The notes below the pieces were generated by a model. That model was not told the DNA's origin, searched no databases, and saw only the letters and a program-made list of their open reading frames with translations. A stretch of 60,966 nt of DNA, filler included, from Sphacelaria rigidula (Eukaryota), in the NCBI GenBank assembly GCA_964200075.2. It is 5 parts of 5 records of this genome, joined end to end, with 100 filler letters (N's around TTAATTAATTAA, not from the genome) between each part and the next. Parts side by side here need not be neighbours in the genome. Positions count along the whole stretch, not along the records: positions 12,215 to 24,328 come from CAXNAA020004111.1; positions 24,429 to 36,541 come from CAXNAA020004112.1; 3 more parts are not named here. One strand, given 5' to 3'. Of the stretch, positions 12,215 to 24,505 are shown one piece after another (the first letter of the stretch is position 1; each line of letters opens with the position of its first letter). The position numbers were made by a program, and so were the translations under genes.

Positions 12215-14830
12215 CTCCAAGGAAGCAAGTGTTTCGCGTCTTCCCTGCAAAAGAGAAATGCTACTTCAGCCCCATATTTTGTATGGACCCCATTTTCTAG
12301 GATCCACTGTTACATACTAACGAGCAGAAAGGTGATAAGTTCTACAACAGAGTAGCGTGACTGAAGGGTACAATTGCTTCCTTGGAGCATATATATACTG
12401 CCTGAGGTTCAGAGCAGAGAACGCCAAAATGAGAGGCAGACTGGGGAGGTGCCTGACAATCACGCTCCACCAGCTATGTGTTGATAATACCTCGTCAAGG
12501 ACAGCATCTATTCTATCGTACCCAACTCATACCATCATGGAATTACCGAAATGATTTTGACATAACGAAAACGATATTTCGAAACCTTCGATACGATATC
12601 CAGTACCAGTAAAGCACAACGAGACCGATGGCATCTGCCGTCTCTCGTCAGACCTCGCCCACAACAACGTGCATCTGTAGTCGGTGTAAGTCCTGGCATG
12701 TGTCGGTAGGACCCCCACCTGTTCCGGCGTCGTTCCGGTAAGCACTGGAGAAGAACGCAACACGCGCTGAATATTACCCCCGAAAGGATATTTCATGCAA
12801 AATTCAGGGGCCAAGGTGTACCGATTCGAGTTGGGCGTACGTGTGTGGTGCAATGGCCGCCACTCACTATTCGGGGAAGGTTCCTTCTTAGTAAAGCAAG
12901 GATAGTGTAAATCATCAAAAGAAAAATACAAAGCATAGAAAATGAGTCCAGATGAAAAGTAAATCACAGGCGCTGGATCCTTGAAAACAAAAACAAAAAA
13001 TCACGATCCGGTGACCATGTCCACCGTGGGACATACTGTGGTTTTGCGAAACGTTGTGTGTTTACATCCAGCAGTACCAGCTGTATGGCACCAGTTCTTC
13101 ACATCGAGCCGGAAACTTCAAGGAGCCTCCCTCACGATGTTCACTAGTCTCACGACTATGGCATGCGTGATCATGATCATGAGTACACCTCCCCCCCCCC
13201 CCGCCCCCCACGATGTTCACCGCACATCTCGCTCTCATAGGGAGTGGCCTCAAGTGGACTGTGCTGTGCCCACGACAAGAGTGCATGGGTTACGGTAGGT
13301 GTCGACGCGTTGTGGCAATCAGCCGCCAGCGCATGGACGTGTTTCACACATCCATCAATACCAACGCGTGTTTTCATGCCATTCCACAGAACTCCTTTTA
13401 ATTTACCGACCACGGGATGGGGCGGGGACACAGGGGCGAGAACACCCCCCGCCTCCATCCCCCCCCGGTTCAACACTGTACCATGCAAGTAGTTAGATCT
13501 TGTCCAAAACATCTGTTGACAACAACCATTATCATGTAATATGTAGTGTACGTATTTTCCCTGGCTTATATAATATATGGTCCATGCCCTGTGGTGTGTC
13601 ACCTGTTCGTCCGTGCGCGTAAATCGACAAAATGGCACACCCAACGCACAATTTTTCCCATCACAAAACGAAAAATTCTGCAGAGGGAAGCAACGCGCGC
13701 CAGTAGTGCAAGGAACAGCGATTTGAAATGCTATCCACTTTGTCGCGAGACATCGGGCAACAAACATCAGCAGCAACAAAATACATTATTGTCATTCGAG
13801 AACCGAACGTGTGATATCATCTCACATTACCATCACCTGCCGCCAACCCTAACTCCCCATACTAGCAGCTACTACGTGATTCAATGTTCAGGAAAATAGA
13901 TAGCTGCACTCCAAGCACCGCTATCCACCGCGATAGAACAAGAAACTCGTAAGAGTCATGCGCACACGGGGAGCAACATCTATGAATACAACAGCAGGCA
14001 AGAGTCGCCTAAAAAAATGCAAATCGCACGGCGTTTTGCTCCAGTCAAGCTCTCCCCTCCCCCGGCACAAGACGTACGAGCCATCGCCATCTAAAGCCTG
14101 TACAAAACAAAATTATACGTTCTGCGCCTCTTGCCCTTCACCATCCGCCGCCGCTCCGTGAGACTGCAATCGCCGAACAGTGCTTCGTGACGTCGCCTCT
14201 CGATGCGACGATTCAATTCTACCCTGTAACTTGGTGATCGTCACAAGTGATTCATTTCAACCCACTTCTCGGACAAGGCAACAGGCCACACTGAGAAGGC
14301 AGTCTGCTCTTCTTTTCTGGACTCCACCCACGCCGCTGAGACGGCATGCAAACCCGCGGTTGCCGCCACGGAACCTCCTCGCGCAAAATGCACGCAACCC
14401 ACGACACTCAAAGGTTTTTAAAAAACGCACACAAAAAAATCAAATCGACTAAATAGCGCACAACCAGAGCCTCCCGTATGCGCGATACGATACGCGATCT
14501 CAACAAGAAACAGACACAACTGGCGAACGTAAAATTGTTCACAATACACAGAGACCAACACGCGACCTTTTTACACCAAATCGATACCCCCCACCCTCTA
14601 ATGCCGCTCGATGCTTCATCAGTCACCGCATCCTCCACTGCTCCATTCGATAAAACTACAGCTATCAAACACGAGAAATTGCAGACACGATGGACACGCG
14701 CGTAAAGGTGAAAAAATGGCGTGAACCCAAAGCCTTAAGAAGCAACCCCCCTTCCATTGCAGGCCAACCAACACCCAACACCGGATGCTCTCCGGCAATG
14801 GCTCAGTGGGCGTCAAAGGCAACAACACGA

Positions 14831-17800
14831 TTAGAAATCTTCATCGAGAGTAAAGTATCCAAAACCTTCTCGTTCCCGTGCCTCTCTCGCTTCCGATCCG
14901 GCTGCGCCGTCAATGGCGGATCCTGGCTCAATGATCGTTACCCTGCAAGAGAATGATTTGGCGCTCTCCTTCCTCTTGGCTTCGTGTAGCTCCTCTATTT
15001 TCCGTGCGCACAACTGTTTCGGTTGTTCATTTTGCAATCATTGGTAGGGCACAAAGCGGAACAGGATCGAGTGACGGGGGCGTTGATCATGGGACACTTC
15101 CATGGCGAACATGACGGCCAAGAGGTCAACAATTCATTCGGTCGGGAAAACTTCGATTGGACTCTCGGCACATTGCAGCAAACAAGCCCGACACAGAAAA
15201 CTGCAACAGCCTACGAGCTGGGCCAGCCTAAAAACGGATTTAAGCCCCAAAAGCAATATCTCATCGACATAGACGTGCCGTGATCCGCATATCGTATTAA
15301 TCGTCCAATCACGGGGAGGGTGCCCATCTGCTCGAAAAGCTGGGCCATTTTTTCTCGTTGATTAAACCCCATGTCTAGTAATTCCTATACCTAGCGGAGA
15401 TAGCGCCAATACTAAAATCTCCATGAAACTCCCGATCTATGCACTTAGCGGATGGCGACGAATTTTGGTGTGGAGAACCATAAAAGAGTGCCGAATAATA
15501 AAAAAAGGGCCTTCATTTTTGTTTCATGGAGGTTAGGCCGTTCTCGTGAAGAAATGGTCTTTACCATGGTAGAACGCCCTAAACCAGTGAAAAAGATTGA
15601 AACAAATCAACCTGATCCACTTTTTTTTGTGTCGATTATGCCTTAGAGAGCGTCCACTTCAGGTGCCGATGTAATTTTTTTTTCATGCCCTATTCATTGT
15701 CCGTACCAAATTTCAGGGTCCAACTCCAAATACTGGCGGGAGCATGGGCCTGCAAACTTCAAATCCGCCTCTAGGGTGGCCCAGCTCGTAGAGGTATTTA
15801 GTCCAGCGCCGACGACGCGATCGAGATCAATCCAGCACCGATATCTTATCGCAGTCATGTCAAGCAATATACCATGTCATTACCAGCGCAACAGGGCCCA
15901 GAAAACCCTGGACGAACAGCAAATAAACATCGGGGGCAACAACAACAAAAAGGGACCGGGGAAGCGGGGTAGGCGCAGTGGCCCCGTTCGTGTGCTCGCT
16001 TACGTCTCGGAGTTCATCAATCCCGAAAAAATCTGCCTCCTCCATAATCTCCTCATATCTCCATGCCTCGCCGAACGACGGCAGACTGGAGCACCGCAAA
16101 AAGTTGAGCACGTGCCCAAACCGCTCCCCTGCACAAGAAAAATGAAAAAAAACAGGACCAGTGTACACCAAAACAAAACATATTTCGATGGTATTGCCCT
16201 CATCGCCCATATCATTTCGCATAGGCCAAACGTGCCAACGATTGGTGGGCATGTCTATTTGCTGTCCAACTTTCACGGCTGGTGTTCTACCCACGGCGGG
16301 AAATTCCAAAGGCAGAGTTGCTGTGAAAAGGTGCAACGATTCTTGCGCGCGGGCATTCACGTATTATCTTGTTCATAATTTTGGGGGAAGGCCGGCACAA
16401 TTTACGCGACTTTGTCGCCATATTCTTGGGGTTGATGAATGCTCCATCTTCGTAGTGGGGGACCTGCCCCCGTGGCTCATTTGGTAACCTCGAAACCTTT
16501 TGACGGTTGGGTGGTGGGTCCGAATTTCGGTGCAGTCAGACGATCTGTGATTTTCGCTGACATCACGCCCAACAGTGGAGAGCAACCTCGCCATGAGTGC
16601 ACAAAAGTCGACTCCACGGTCGACGAGGGAAAGGGACCACTGAACCCCTCTCCCGAGAGAAAGTAAGGCAAGCACCGCAGAAGGAAGGTGGAGTACTAAA
16701 AACAAGATACAGATCATAGGTGAGCCACGCCACCAACGTTCGGAATAAAATACGTGGAAGCACGGCACCAAGGGCTGGTCGGATAGGGTACGCCCAATAT
16801 TGTGGTATTTTGAAAAGTCGCGCATCAACTGCCTAAGGCAATCACAACAACTTGTGCAGGCTTCAGAGGAGGGAACTACAGACAACAGCAGTGGGCCGGA
16901 TGCTGCTGTGGCCATGGGTCGGATCTCCCCTTTTGAACATACCAACAATATCGAGTATACCATGCCTGCCCTGCCCTGCCTTTGCAGAGCAGCTACCGGT
17001 GTTGTGAAAACATCACCAGGAGCGAGCACGGGTCGTGTGCGCGGCAACAGTGATGCGGGCCCCGACCCTCGTGCCCAGGTAAAGGGATTGTCTTTTCCGT
17101 CGAAACAACGATGCCGATGCTCTAGCGGGGTGTGTGGAAGGGCAGTCTTCCGACGTATGGGGGCAAAGGGGGTCAACATCCGCCTGCGCGACGAGCTGAG
17201 CTTTGTTCTCTTACCGTCTCGGTCGATGAACGCAAACCCATCTTCGTCGGTGGCGCACTTGAAGCTCCCCTTGAACATGGATGCCAGCATAGAGTTCGCT
17301 TGGTGCATGATCGTTTCCCAAGACGTGAGGAATTTCTTCCCGCTGGTACATGACACGGACCAAGAACAATGGCGTACAGCCGCCCACATAATCAATGGAC
17401 GACATATTTCACCCACAGGCGAGAGAGAAGGAATCAGAGGTGAAAGTTACTGATATATCGTTGACTGGGCAGCAGTATCACCAGACAGCCAGCCTTTGAG
17501 GGCAGTGTCATGAAAGGATGGAAATTTTGATGGGCAACAGCCCCCGCTTTCAGCGACATCTCATTGGCCATGAGCTTTGCAGTTTTTTACTTCATCCACA
17601 TTGAACCAATCACGTCGACCGTACACGCGAACGAGCGTGAGGGGCATCCCGACATGAACCTTCCTCTTTCCGTCCGGCGTCGGGCGCTTGCTTGCCTTGC
17701 GGGAGCCGTACACCCGCATGTTTTGGTTCGAAGCGTAGACGGCGACGTCGATGGGGAACGTATCGACGAGACGGTTCGCACCGCGGGATGCCGACAAAAG

Positions 17801-18407
17801 TTGGGAGGAGACGCTCGAGAGCGCACTCCTTCGTCGATGGACTTCCTTCGTTACAGCCGTCAGGTTGGTCATCAGAAGACACTATTATACCTCACGAGAA
17901 CCAGGGCGATGGTCATCGGGAAACATTTCGGGTTCGCATCTTCTCACGACTGTATCTGAGTACATGGGGATTCATGCGCAATATGACCGCATGACGGTTA
18001 CCCCGCCGTGCATGCCCTCAACAGCATGCGACACGCCTACACAGGGCGAGCAGCACCTCGACGGTGCAGACACCAGGAAACATGGGAATACTTCAGCTGA
18101 GGAAATGCAGACACATACTTACAGCGGGCTTGCTTCACCGCAACCACGTTACCCATCTTCTCAGTCTCCACGGTAGAGCATGGAAATACAAGACTGGTTG
18201 AGCGATTTTTTCCGGGTGACGTTTCCCACGAAAACGGTGTAACGGCGGCCTAAACAGAACAACTTCCCATCACCGTTACGGACATACTCACCCCACATTA
18301 AGACGCACGATTCCACCCCTTACTGGGCGTTGCTGTGCTTTCGCCAGAGGTGATACGTCGCCACTGCCAACTTTTTCTGGCGACTCTGGAATGAAGTTAG
18401 CCGTCAT
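14831..18407 (-). CDS. BTB/POZ (T1/KCTD-type) domain protein, 183 aa. Exons 18407-18292, 17342-17215, 16128-16004, 15013-14831
   Basis: The spliced product reads IVRLNVG|GKKFLTSWETIMHQANSMLASMFKG...FIDRDG|ERFGHVLNFLR...EEADFFGIDELRD|LCARKI...FTLDEDF*. These are the canonical KCTD BTB motifs LNVGG, FIDRDG, LNFLR and EAxFF. Donors gtgagt/gtaaga/gtaagc, CAG acceptors, phases 2, 1, 0, total 552 nt. Confidence 0.9.
15214..15788. mobile_element. Tc1/mariner-type MITE (575 bp) with TA target-site duplication, in intron 3 of the BTB gene
   Basis: TA|cgagctgggccagcctaaaaacggattt ... aaatccgcctctagggtggcccagctcg|TA, an imperfect TIR of about 28 bp. Confidence 0.85.
17370..17950 (-). pseudogene. Relic of an archaeo-eukaryotic primase (PrimPol/NCLDV-herpes type) inside intron 1 of the BTB gene
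   Basis: PIDVAVYASNQNMRVYGSRK matches the AEP motif III pattern D-x-x-VY-x-x-N-x-N-x-R-x-x-x-S-x-K. A downstream MSSIDYVGGCTPL (different frame) resembles the segment that usually follows. Motifs I and II are not clearly preserved. Confidence 0.55.
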
Positions 18408-19724
18408 GATGGTGGCGATGGCTGTGCTTGGGGTGCTGAGGTGGGGTCGTACCGTGGTTGTCGTGCTGGCTCTCTGTTCCAGTGGTGAACGCGTCTATAC
18501 AGCAGAATAAACAGAGCAGTGGCTTCGTTATCAGATTTGCAGGGGGTTCTCCAAGCGTGGACGTCTGAACAGCCCAACGTCTGTCTAGTACCGTGCCGTT
18601 ATGTAGTGCAATATTTACTGTAGACAGAGTCTGCCGGCTTGATGAAGTTGTACTAAAGACTGGTGCCCGATGCGCGATGTGCCATGCATGCGTAATGTCC
18701 AACCGTTTTGTAGTATGACGATGTTATCTGCATATTGTAATTAATTACGACACTTTCTAGAGTGTGATTACTTTACATAATCCAGGATTATCTGTCCCTC
18801 TACGTTCACTGCATGATCGTATGATCGGCCCTGCCGCCCCTTGTGCCGTGCGGAGGTAAACAATTTCCCGAGAGAGGATATTTCCCTTCCCCACACGAAC
18901 TTTCCGCCGGAGGAATACTGAAACTACCGCTGTATTTTGGCACCCGCCTCTAGAGACCAGCTGAGGTCGCCATCTATTTCAGTGCGGCCGGCGAGACAGT
19001 ATATCGCTCCTGTCTGCCCTCGAGGTAAGGGTTTAAAAACTACGTACACAACAGTACAGTACAACAGTAGTAAAAACTGCATTTGTACTCGATTTGGGCT
19101 CGGCTGGGACAGTGGCTAGATCCATTGAGCGTGGCGGATAGTGCCCCGCAGCAGCACAGGGTTTGGAGGAGGCCAAGAGTTTATAAGCAGCAGCGTAAGT
19201 CTTCCTTCACCCCCCCTCTAGTATGCCGGCTATATGTCTGTTGGCAAGCTTGGTGGCAGTTTTTGCTGCTCAGGATCAGAATGCAGTGCTGAGCAGCCTG
19301 TCTCAGCCCTAATCCTCCGGCCTGGGTAGCGTTCCGAGAGCACAGGCATCATATTGGATGAAGTAGCATCCCCTAATGCATGTTGTTCATGTCTCCAATG
19401 TAAGCCCGTCGTCGTTGCAGATTCGCATAGCGCACTTGTTCGCCGACCGACAAGGTAGGGAAGACCCATCCCTTCTCTAAAAGACTAAGAACTGCGTTGT
19501 GCGTACCACACGCACCTCTCGCAGTAAAAACATGTGGCTGACTTACTTGTTTCTCTCCTCCGGTCCTTCCCCTGTCCCCCGACCTCAAACCGCTCTTCAA
19601 CTTGACTTCCAACACCGCCGTCTATTTTAGGAGAAATCCTGCGCTTCGTTTCCACGACAAAGCTCCGAAGACTTTGGCGCAACAGGCGCTCCCCTTCTCG
19701 ATTGTTTGGAGCCGACGAGGTACA

Positions 19725-19976
19725 ATGACCCGACTTGCTGCATCTTTGGTGATGGTCGCCGCCGCCGTCTCAACGGGCGCGCCAGCTAGCGCGTTTGTTG
19801 CTCCGTCGGTCACTGGCGCCGCCTCTGCAGCAGCAAGGTTAGGTGCTGCCTCTCCTGGGGGTGTTCCTCCGACAGGGCGACAAGATGGGATTCGGGTGCG
19901 GCGTGATGGCGGCAGACAACGCTCAGCGTCTTCGGCGCTGCACATGGTGGCAGAGCCACCGGTCAAGCAGCAGAAG
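19725..19976 (+). CDS. First exon of a nucleus-encoded plastid-targeted protein (signal peptide plus transit peptide); mature protein not identifiable
   Basis: MTRLAASLVMVAAAVSTGAP-ASA/FVAP is an ASAFAP-type cleavage motif. It is followed by an S/A/R-rich transit peptide ending SSALHM-VAEPPVKQQK and a gtgagg donor at 19977. No convincing further exon was found before the contig end. Confidence 0.8.
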
Positions 19977-22328
19977 GTGAGGTTCGCTTCTGGTGAAGTA
20001 CAGACAGTACAACAGTACTGTACAGTAGTTCAAATGCTCCGTGTACCCCCTTTTGCTGTGGTCTGCGGCGGTGAGCAAGAACCAAAAGTACATACTGTAT
20101 AGCCGCTTTTTTGCCTACACAGGCTGTATCTCGATATGCTAGGTGCGAGGCCGACGAAGCCCACACCTTTTCACCAGGAGGTGTGCCCTTGCAGTAAATC
20201 TGACCCGATGCTGATGGTGTAGACGAGCGGCTACAAGCGACGGTCATCATGCAGGAGTCGTTCTCGTGTGGTGGGTGATCCATTCGTAGCGTCCATTCTG
20301 AGTGTAGGAAACAACAACGCCAAGCGGTGAGCGTGTCGTGTCCCCACTGGAGACACGTCAGTGAAGTACCAATCATGGTGTAAAGAGTTTTTCATATCAA
20401 TCATGTCCTGGAAGAGTGCAAGCGATATGGCGAAGATCAGGGTTAGTTCGGGCGATAACAGTCCATGTCGACGTGCTGGTCGCCTTGTTTAAGGTGTACC
20501 TGCACCTCTGCTCGTGTCCGGGTCACACCAGGGGATACGACGGGCAAACCTCATGGTTCGTTTGAACGCTGTAATAACCAATGGGGTACCTCGACGAGGG
20601 AAACCTGACGGGGAGTATTCGGAGTATTTCATTTGCATACAGAAGCCCCGCCCGACCAGCCGACTCTTTTTCATGCACTCATGTCTATTTTAGTATTGAA
20701 CCCCGATGACGACGATTTTTTTCGTCAGCTTGCTGAATGCACAGCAAAGCATGTCGTACGGTCCATATATTGCATGATGTATTTCAAGCCGCGGCGTTCG
20801 GGAGAGGCGAAGTGTACGACCAAAAAAAGCTCAACATTGTCGTCAGACAGCTGCCTCCACTTACACGCACCCTTGCACACGGGTAGCATCATGAACAAAA
20901 AAGACATCGGAGAAAACCGTGACCTGAAAGTTTGGGCATATGTTTCCGTGCGGAGGAATCGTGACGAAACTACCCGAGCGGGAGGACTGTTTGCCAAATG
21001 GTGGTGAACTCTGTTGCCAAACGGCACCATGCGCCCAGTGGTGGCAATGAAGTATAATCCTTTACAGACATCAGTGGGTACAACAACTGTAATCATCCCC
21101 CGAAAAACGATTTGTGTTACAAATATCAGCCTGGACGAAAGGGGAGGCGCCACGGCTTCGACGATACCGAGAGACGGGAAATGTCCATGGATGCGTGTAC
21201 TTGTACTTCTTCGATGTTTGGTCCGAGTGCAACGGGCACATCGCACAAACGTGGTCGGTGTAAAAATCTCGAGAGGCAATAAAAGCGGGAAGTAGCTTTT
21301 TTGGGGTCCGAACGCTATTTGCTATCTCTCAGGCGTTCCTGGAACCATGAGGAGGCTGTTGACTCCGCCGTGTCTCGTTTTGTTGACGGTGATGAATAAG
21401 GTGACATTTTCGCCAGAGAAATACTGGGGCAAGGGTCAGGGTGCCTCGGGTGAAGGAGAGTGATATTTTCCAAGGGTGCGTTGTGTAGGGTAAATGGTAG
21501 ATATACTCCCCCGAAGTTTGTGTTGCGATGATCCTATCTTCAAACTATCTCTAGATGTTGGGTGAAGTTGGGTACGATTGCATTACTCTACCCAATATCT
21601 GCGTATTATTGAGAACCATCTCGATACTCTTGGCCAAAAATTTGGGTGGTTTGGGAGTACGATATTTCAAAACACCGAATACCTGATGACCAATAGTACA
21701 TCCTGGTATTTCCCGTCCAAGGTGGGCCCATTAAAAGCTGCTCTTATAGACTATTTTCTGTCAGCCCCGTCCCTACATGAAGTCATGCACCACCAGGAGT
21801 CTTCCGGCGTCATCTTTGTCGGTGTGTCCCCGTAACATTTCCAACTCCTTGTGTACACGAATTTGTCGCGCTCTGTCCACACTGGTTGCGGGCATTCTTC
21901 GCCACCCCAGACCGTCTGCGTCGACCAGATGCATGCGCTGTTGGCTTGGTGCGGATGAACTGTATCGGCTGTGGGGGAGTATGGGTAGTGGAAAAGGGGG
22001 GGGGCGGGACAGTCAAATATAAGGGAAGTGTGCTATTTCTCTTGCTACTGCCCTGCTTTTGCTTGCGCGCGTCTCTTAAGTTTACCGCATGCGTCATCGT
22101 GACTATTTTTGTACATGCATACTGCGGGGTATAATAGTCACGCCAATTCAACAAATGATCCACCTTGACGGTCAAAGGGTTGACCTTCGACCGAGGCGGT
22201 AGCTCATCTTGCCATGCACTAAGTTTCCAACGGAAATTGATGCTGATTCAACAGATGGCCTACCCTGGCGGTCAAAGGGTGGGGCATGAATCCATTTTTG
22301 CCGAACGAAATATATCTGCACCCTGGGA

Positions 22329-22534
22329 TGGAGAATTTCGGAAGAAGCGTTTTTGTCATCTCAGAGCGCGGATATCTCAGGATCAGGGTGTAGAAAAGAA
22401 AAAAAACACCTCATCGAAAAAAAGTCAAAGGGATACCACCACATTTGACGCAGGGAGAAATAATTTTTCGTTACTCTCTGATCCTGAGATATTCGCACTC
22501 TGAAATGATAAAAGCGCTTTTCCGAATCTCTCTA
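22329..22534. mobile_element. Second copy of the 208-bp MITE family
   Basis: ggagaatttcggaagaagcgttttt ... aaaagcgcttttccgaatctctcta; the internal ccacatttgacg is the reverse complement of cgtcaaatgtgg at about 10035. Confidence 0.7.
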
Positions 22535-24328
22535 ATGGCAAGAACACTTGCGGCTAGTCAGTGTCACGTAACCCGACCGTCGTCACGTGAGTGCTCTTTC
22601 AACCGGGGTCAGCACAACCAACGCGGAGTACAGTACAGCACGGTGCAGCGCAGTAACATGATGTCCCTTCTCTCACTACACGTTACGTGTCCACAATCCT
22701 CTTGTCTGTGTGACCTTCCACTGCCAGCTCGAAAATGTAGCAGCCCTCTTGTATCATTTCAAATATTTATGGCTCAAAGTTCTATGCTCACTTGCTTCCC
22801 ATCCATTTATCGTGCACTCCGACAATTATGAATAGAGAAGACCCAGCGCTTTGTTGTGTACCCAGCCTCAAAAAAAAAACAAGGTAGAGAGCGCGGCGTG
22901 TACCGGAACAGACGATATAATGGCGACTATGTTCTGCTTTGCTCCTTGTTAGTTATCTTTTAAGCTAATCGGTACCGCGATATTTGCTGTACCGTCTGTA
23001 CAGCATCCGTCCACGGTAAAAAAAAAGCTGCTGATGAAGTCCTTGGAAAAACATGGAGCGATCCCGATTGAAAGCGTGACCCGGGTCACCGCGGTCGGGA
23101 CGGTCATGCAGCACTAACCAGCCTCATGTTTTTGCCATTATCGCAGGGGGCACATGGAATTGTACCCGGGTGCACATGAAATCGATTCGCGTGTTTGCAA
23201 TTGTGGTCATTGAGTGGTGAAATGTTTAGCCGGGTCACCTGTGCATATGGAGGTCTGCGCAACACGTTTCCATGGTTGCAAAATTCACGACGTCACTTTT
23301 GTGCTACGATTAATCTGTGTAGCCTGCCTGAGCGCTGTTCGAAAGCACAACGGGCACCAAGATGTGTTGGCCAACGTATCTTTCCGTACCTTCTGCATTT
23401 GAAACGCACAACTCGCCGTAAGGTGCACTCGCAGATCCCTGATATATTCATTACTATCGTAGTGCCATGAGATGTATAACGCCTCGCGATTCACAGAATC
23501 GTTGGAGTGCGTTGACGTGTATAAGCCAATCAGGTCCTGCGGAGGAGAGAAGTATGGCACAAAGGTGCCGGGCGTGGTTGAAATAAAGACGCAGCCGTGT
23601 GGGACACGGGGCGGTTAGATAGCGCTCTTGTTGTCTGTCTGGTGAAAGGCATCACTAGCGCGTTCACCGCAGGCAGCATATCAGTACCGCACCAAACTGA
23701 GGGAAATCTGTTGTCAGTCTTGACTTGCTCTCTTGCTTGAAATGGTCAAGTATTGAGCGGCGAGAGTAGGTAATGTGTTGAGTCATCAACTTCACTTGAA
23801 GAAAGTATGCATGGCTCAGATGAACTGCCCTTTCGATGTCTACGGGTAAAAAAGAACGTGCTCACGTTCATCGGAGAAAGTAGAAAATGTATCGCCAATG
23901 TCGGAGGGTTCGGGAATGAAATTGTATCCGTTGATGATATTCCTCAACAGCTTCCACAAGTCATCCCATGTTGCTGGACAGCTTGCTTTAGCTGGCTTGA
24001 TCGCCACTAGGGGTGGAGTAGGTTCTCAATAGCGCGTAACCTCCCGCGTAGCCCACACCACGTTCACGAACGTGAGACTCGGCAAGCGAAGCACGAACAT
24101 ATCCTCGTCTGCGGTATGCGGCCGATATTAATCCGGTGGTGGAACAAGTGTTTCTGTCGCTCGGATTCTCTGTGCGACACCGCTAACTTCCAGCAGTGTA
24201 AATTGTTTTCTTCCTCTGCTCTTGCCTGTTCTACTTTTTTCTGTTTTGATTTCATTCACTTTCCTTGAGCCAAGGGGCCCTACAGACTGGAAAACGGTTT
24301 ATACCCCCCCCGCCCCCCCGGTCCGGCG

Positions 24329-24428
24329 NNNNNNNNNNNNNNNNNNNNNNNNNNNNNNNNNNNNNNNNNNNNTTAATTAATTAANNNNNNNNNNNNNNNN
24401 NNNNNNNNNNNNNNNNNNNNNNNNNNNN
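24329..24428. other. Artificial contig spacer
   Basis: Same 100-bp spacer. Confidence 0.98.
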
Positions 24429-24505
24429 GATCGCTCCGAGAATCGAACTCCACAACTCAACCATCAGAAGGTTACGAGGTTACCAACTAAGCCACCGGAG
24501 CGAGC
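24429..24505 (-). repeat. tRNA-derived SINE head or pseudo-tRNA; homologous copy at 16466-16535 (+)
   Basis: A box TGGCTTAGTTGG and B box GAGTTCGATTC; acceptor and anticodon stems partly pair, the D-stem is broken. The copy in BTB intron 2 reads gtggctcatttggtaacctcgaaacctttt. Confidence 0.7.

Noticed and set aside
16373-17416. 347-aa ORF as a single protein
   Set aside because: Only 17342-17215 is a BTB exon; the rest is intron read-through including a SINE.
24429-24505. Functional tRNA gene
   Set aside because: The D-stem and T-stem are defective, and a diverged copy with a non-tRNA body exists at 16466; better explained as a SINE head.
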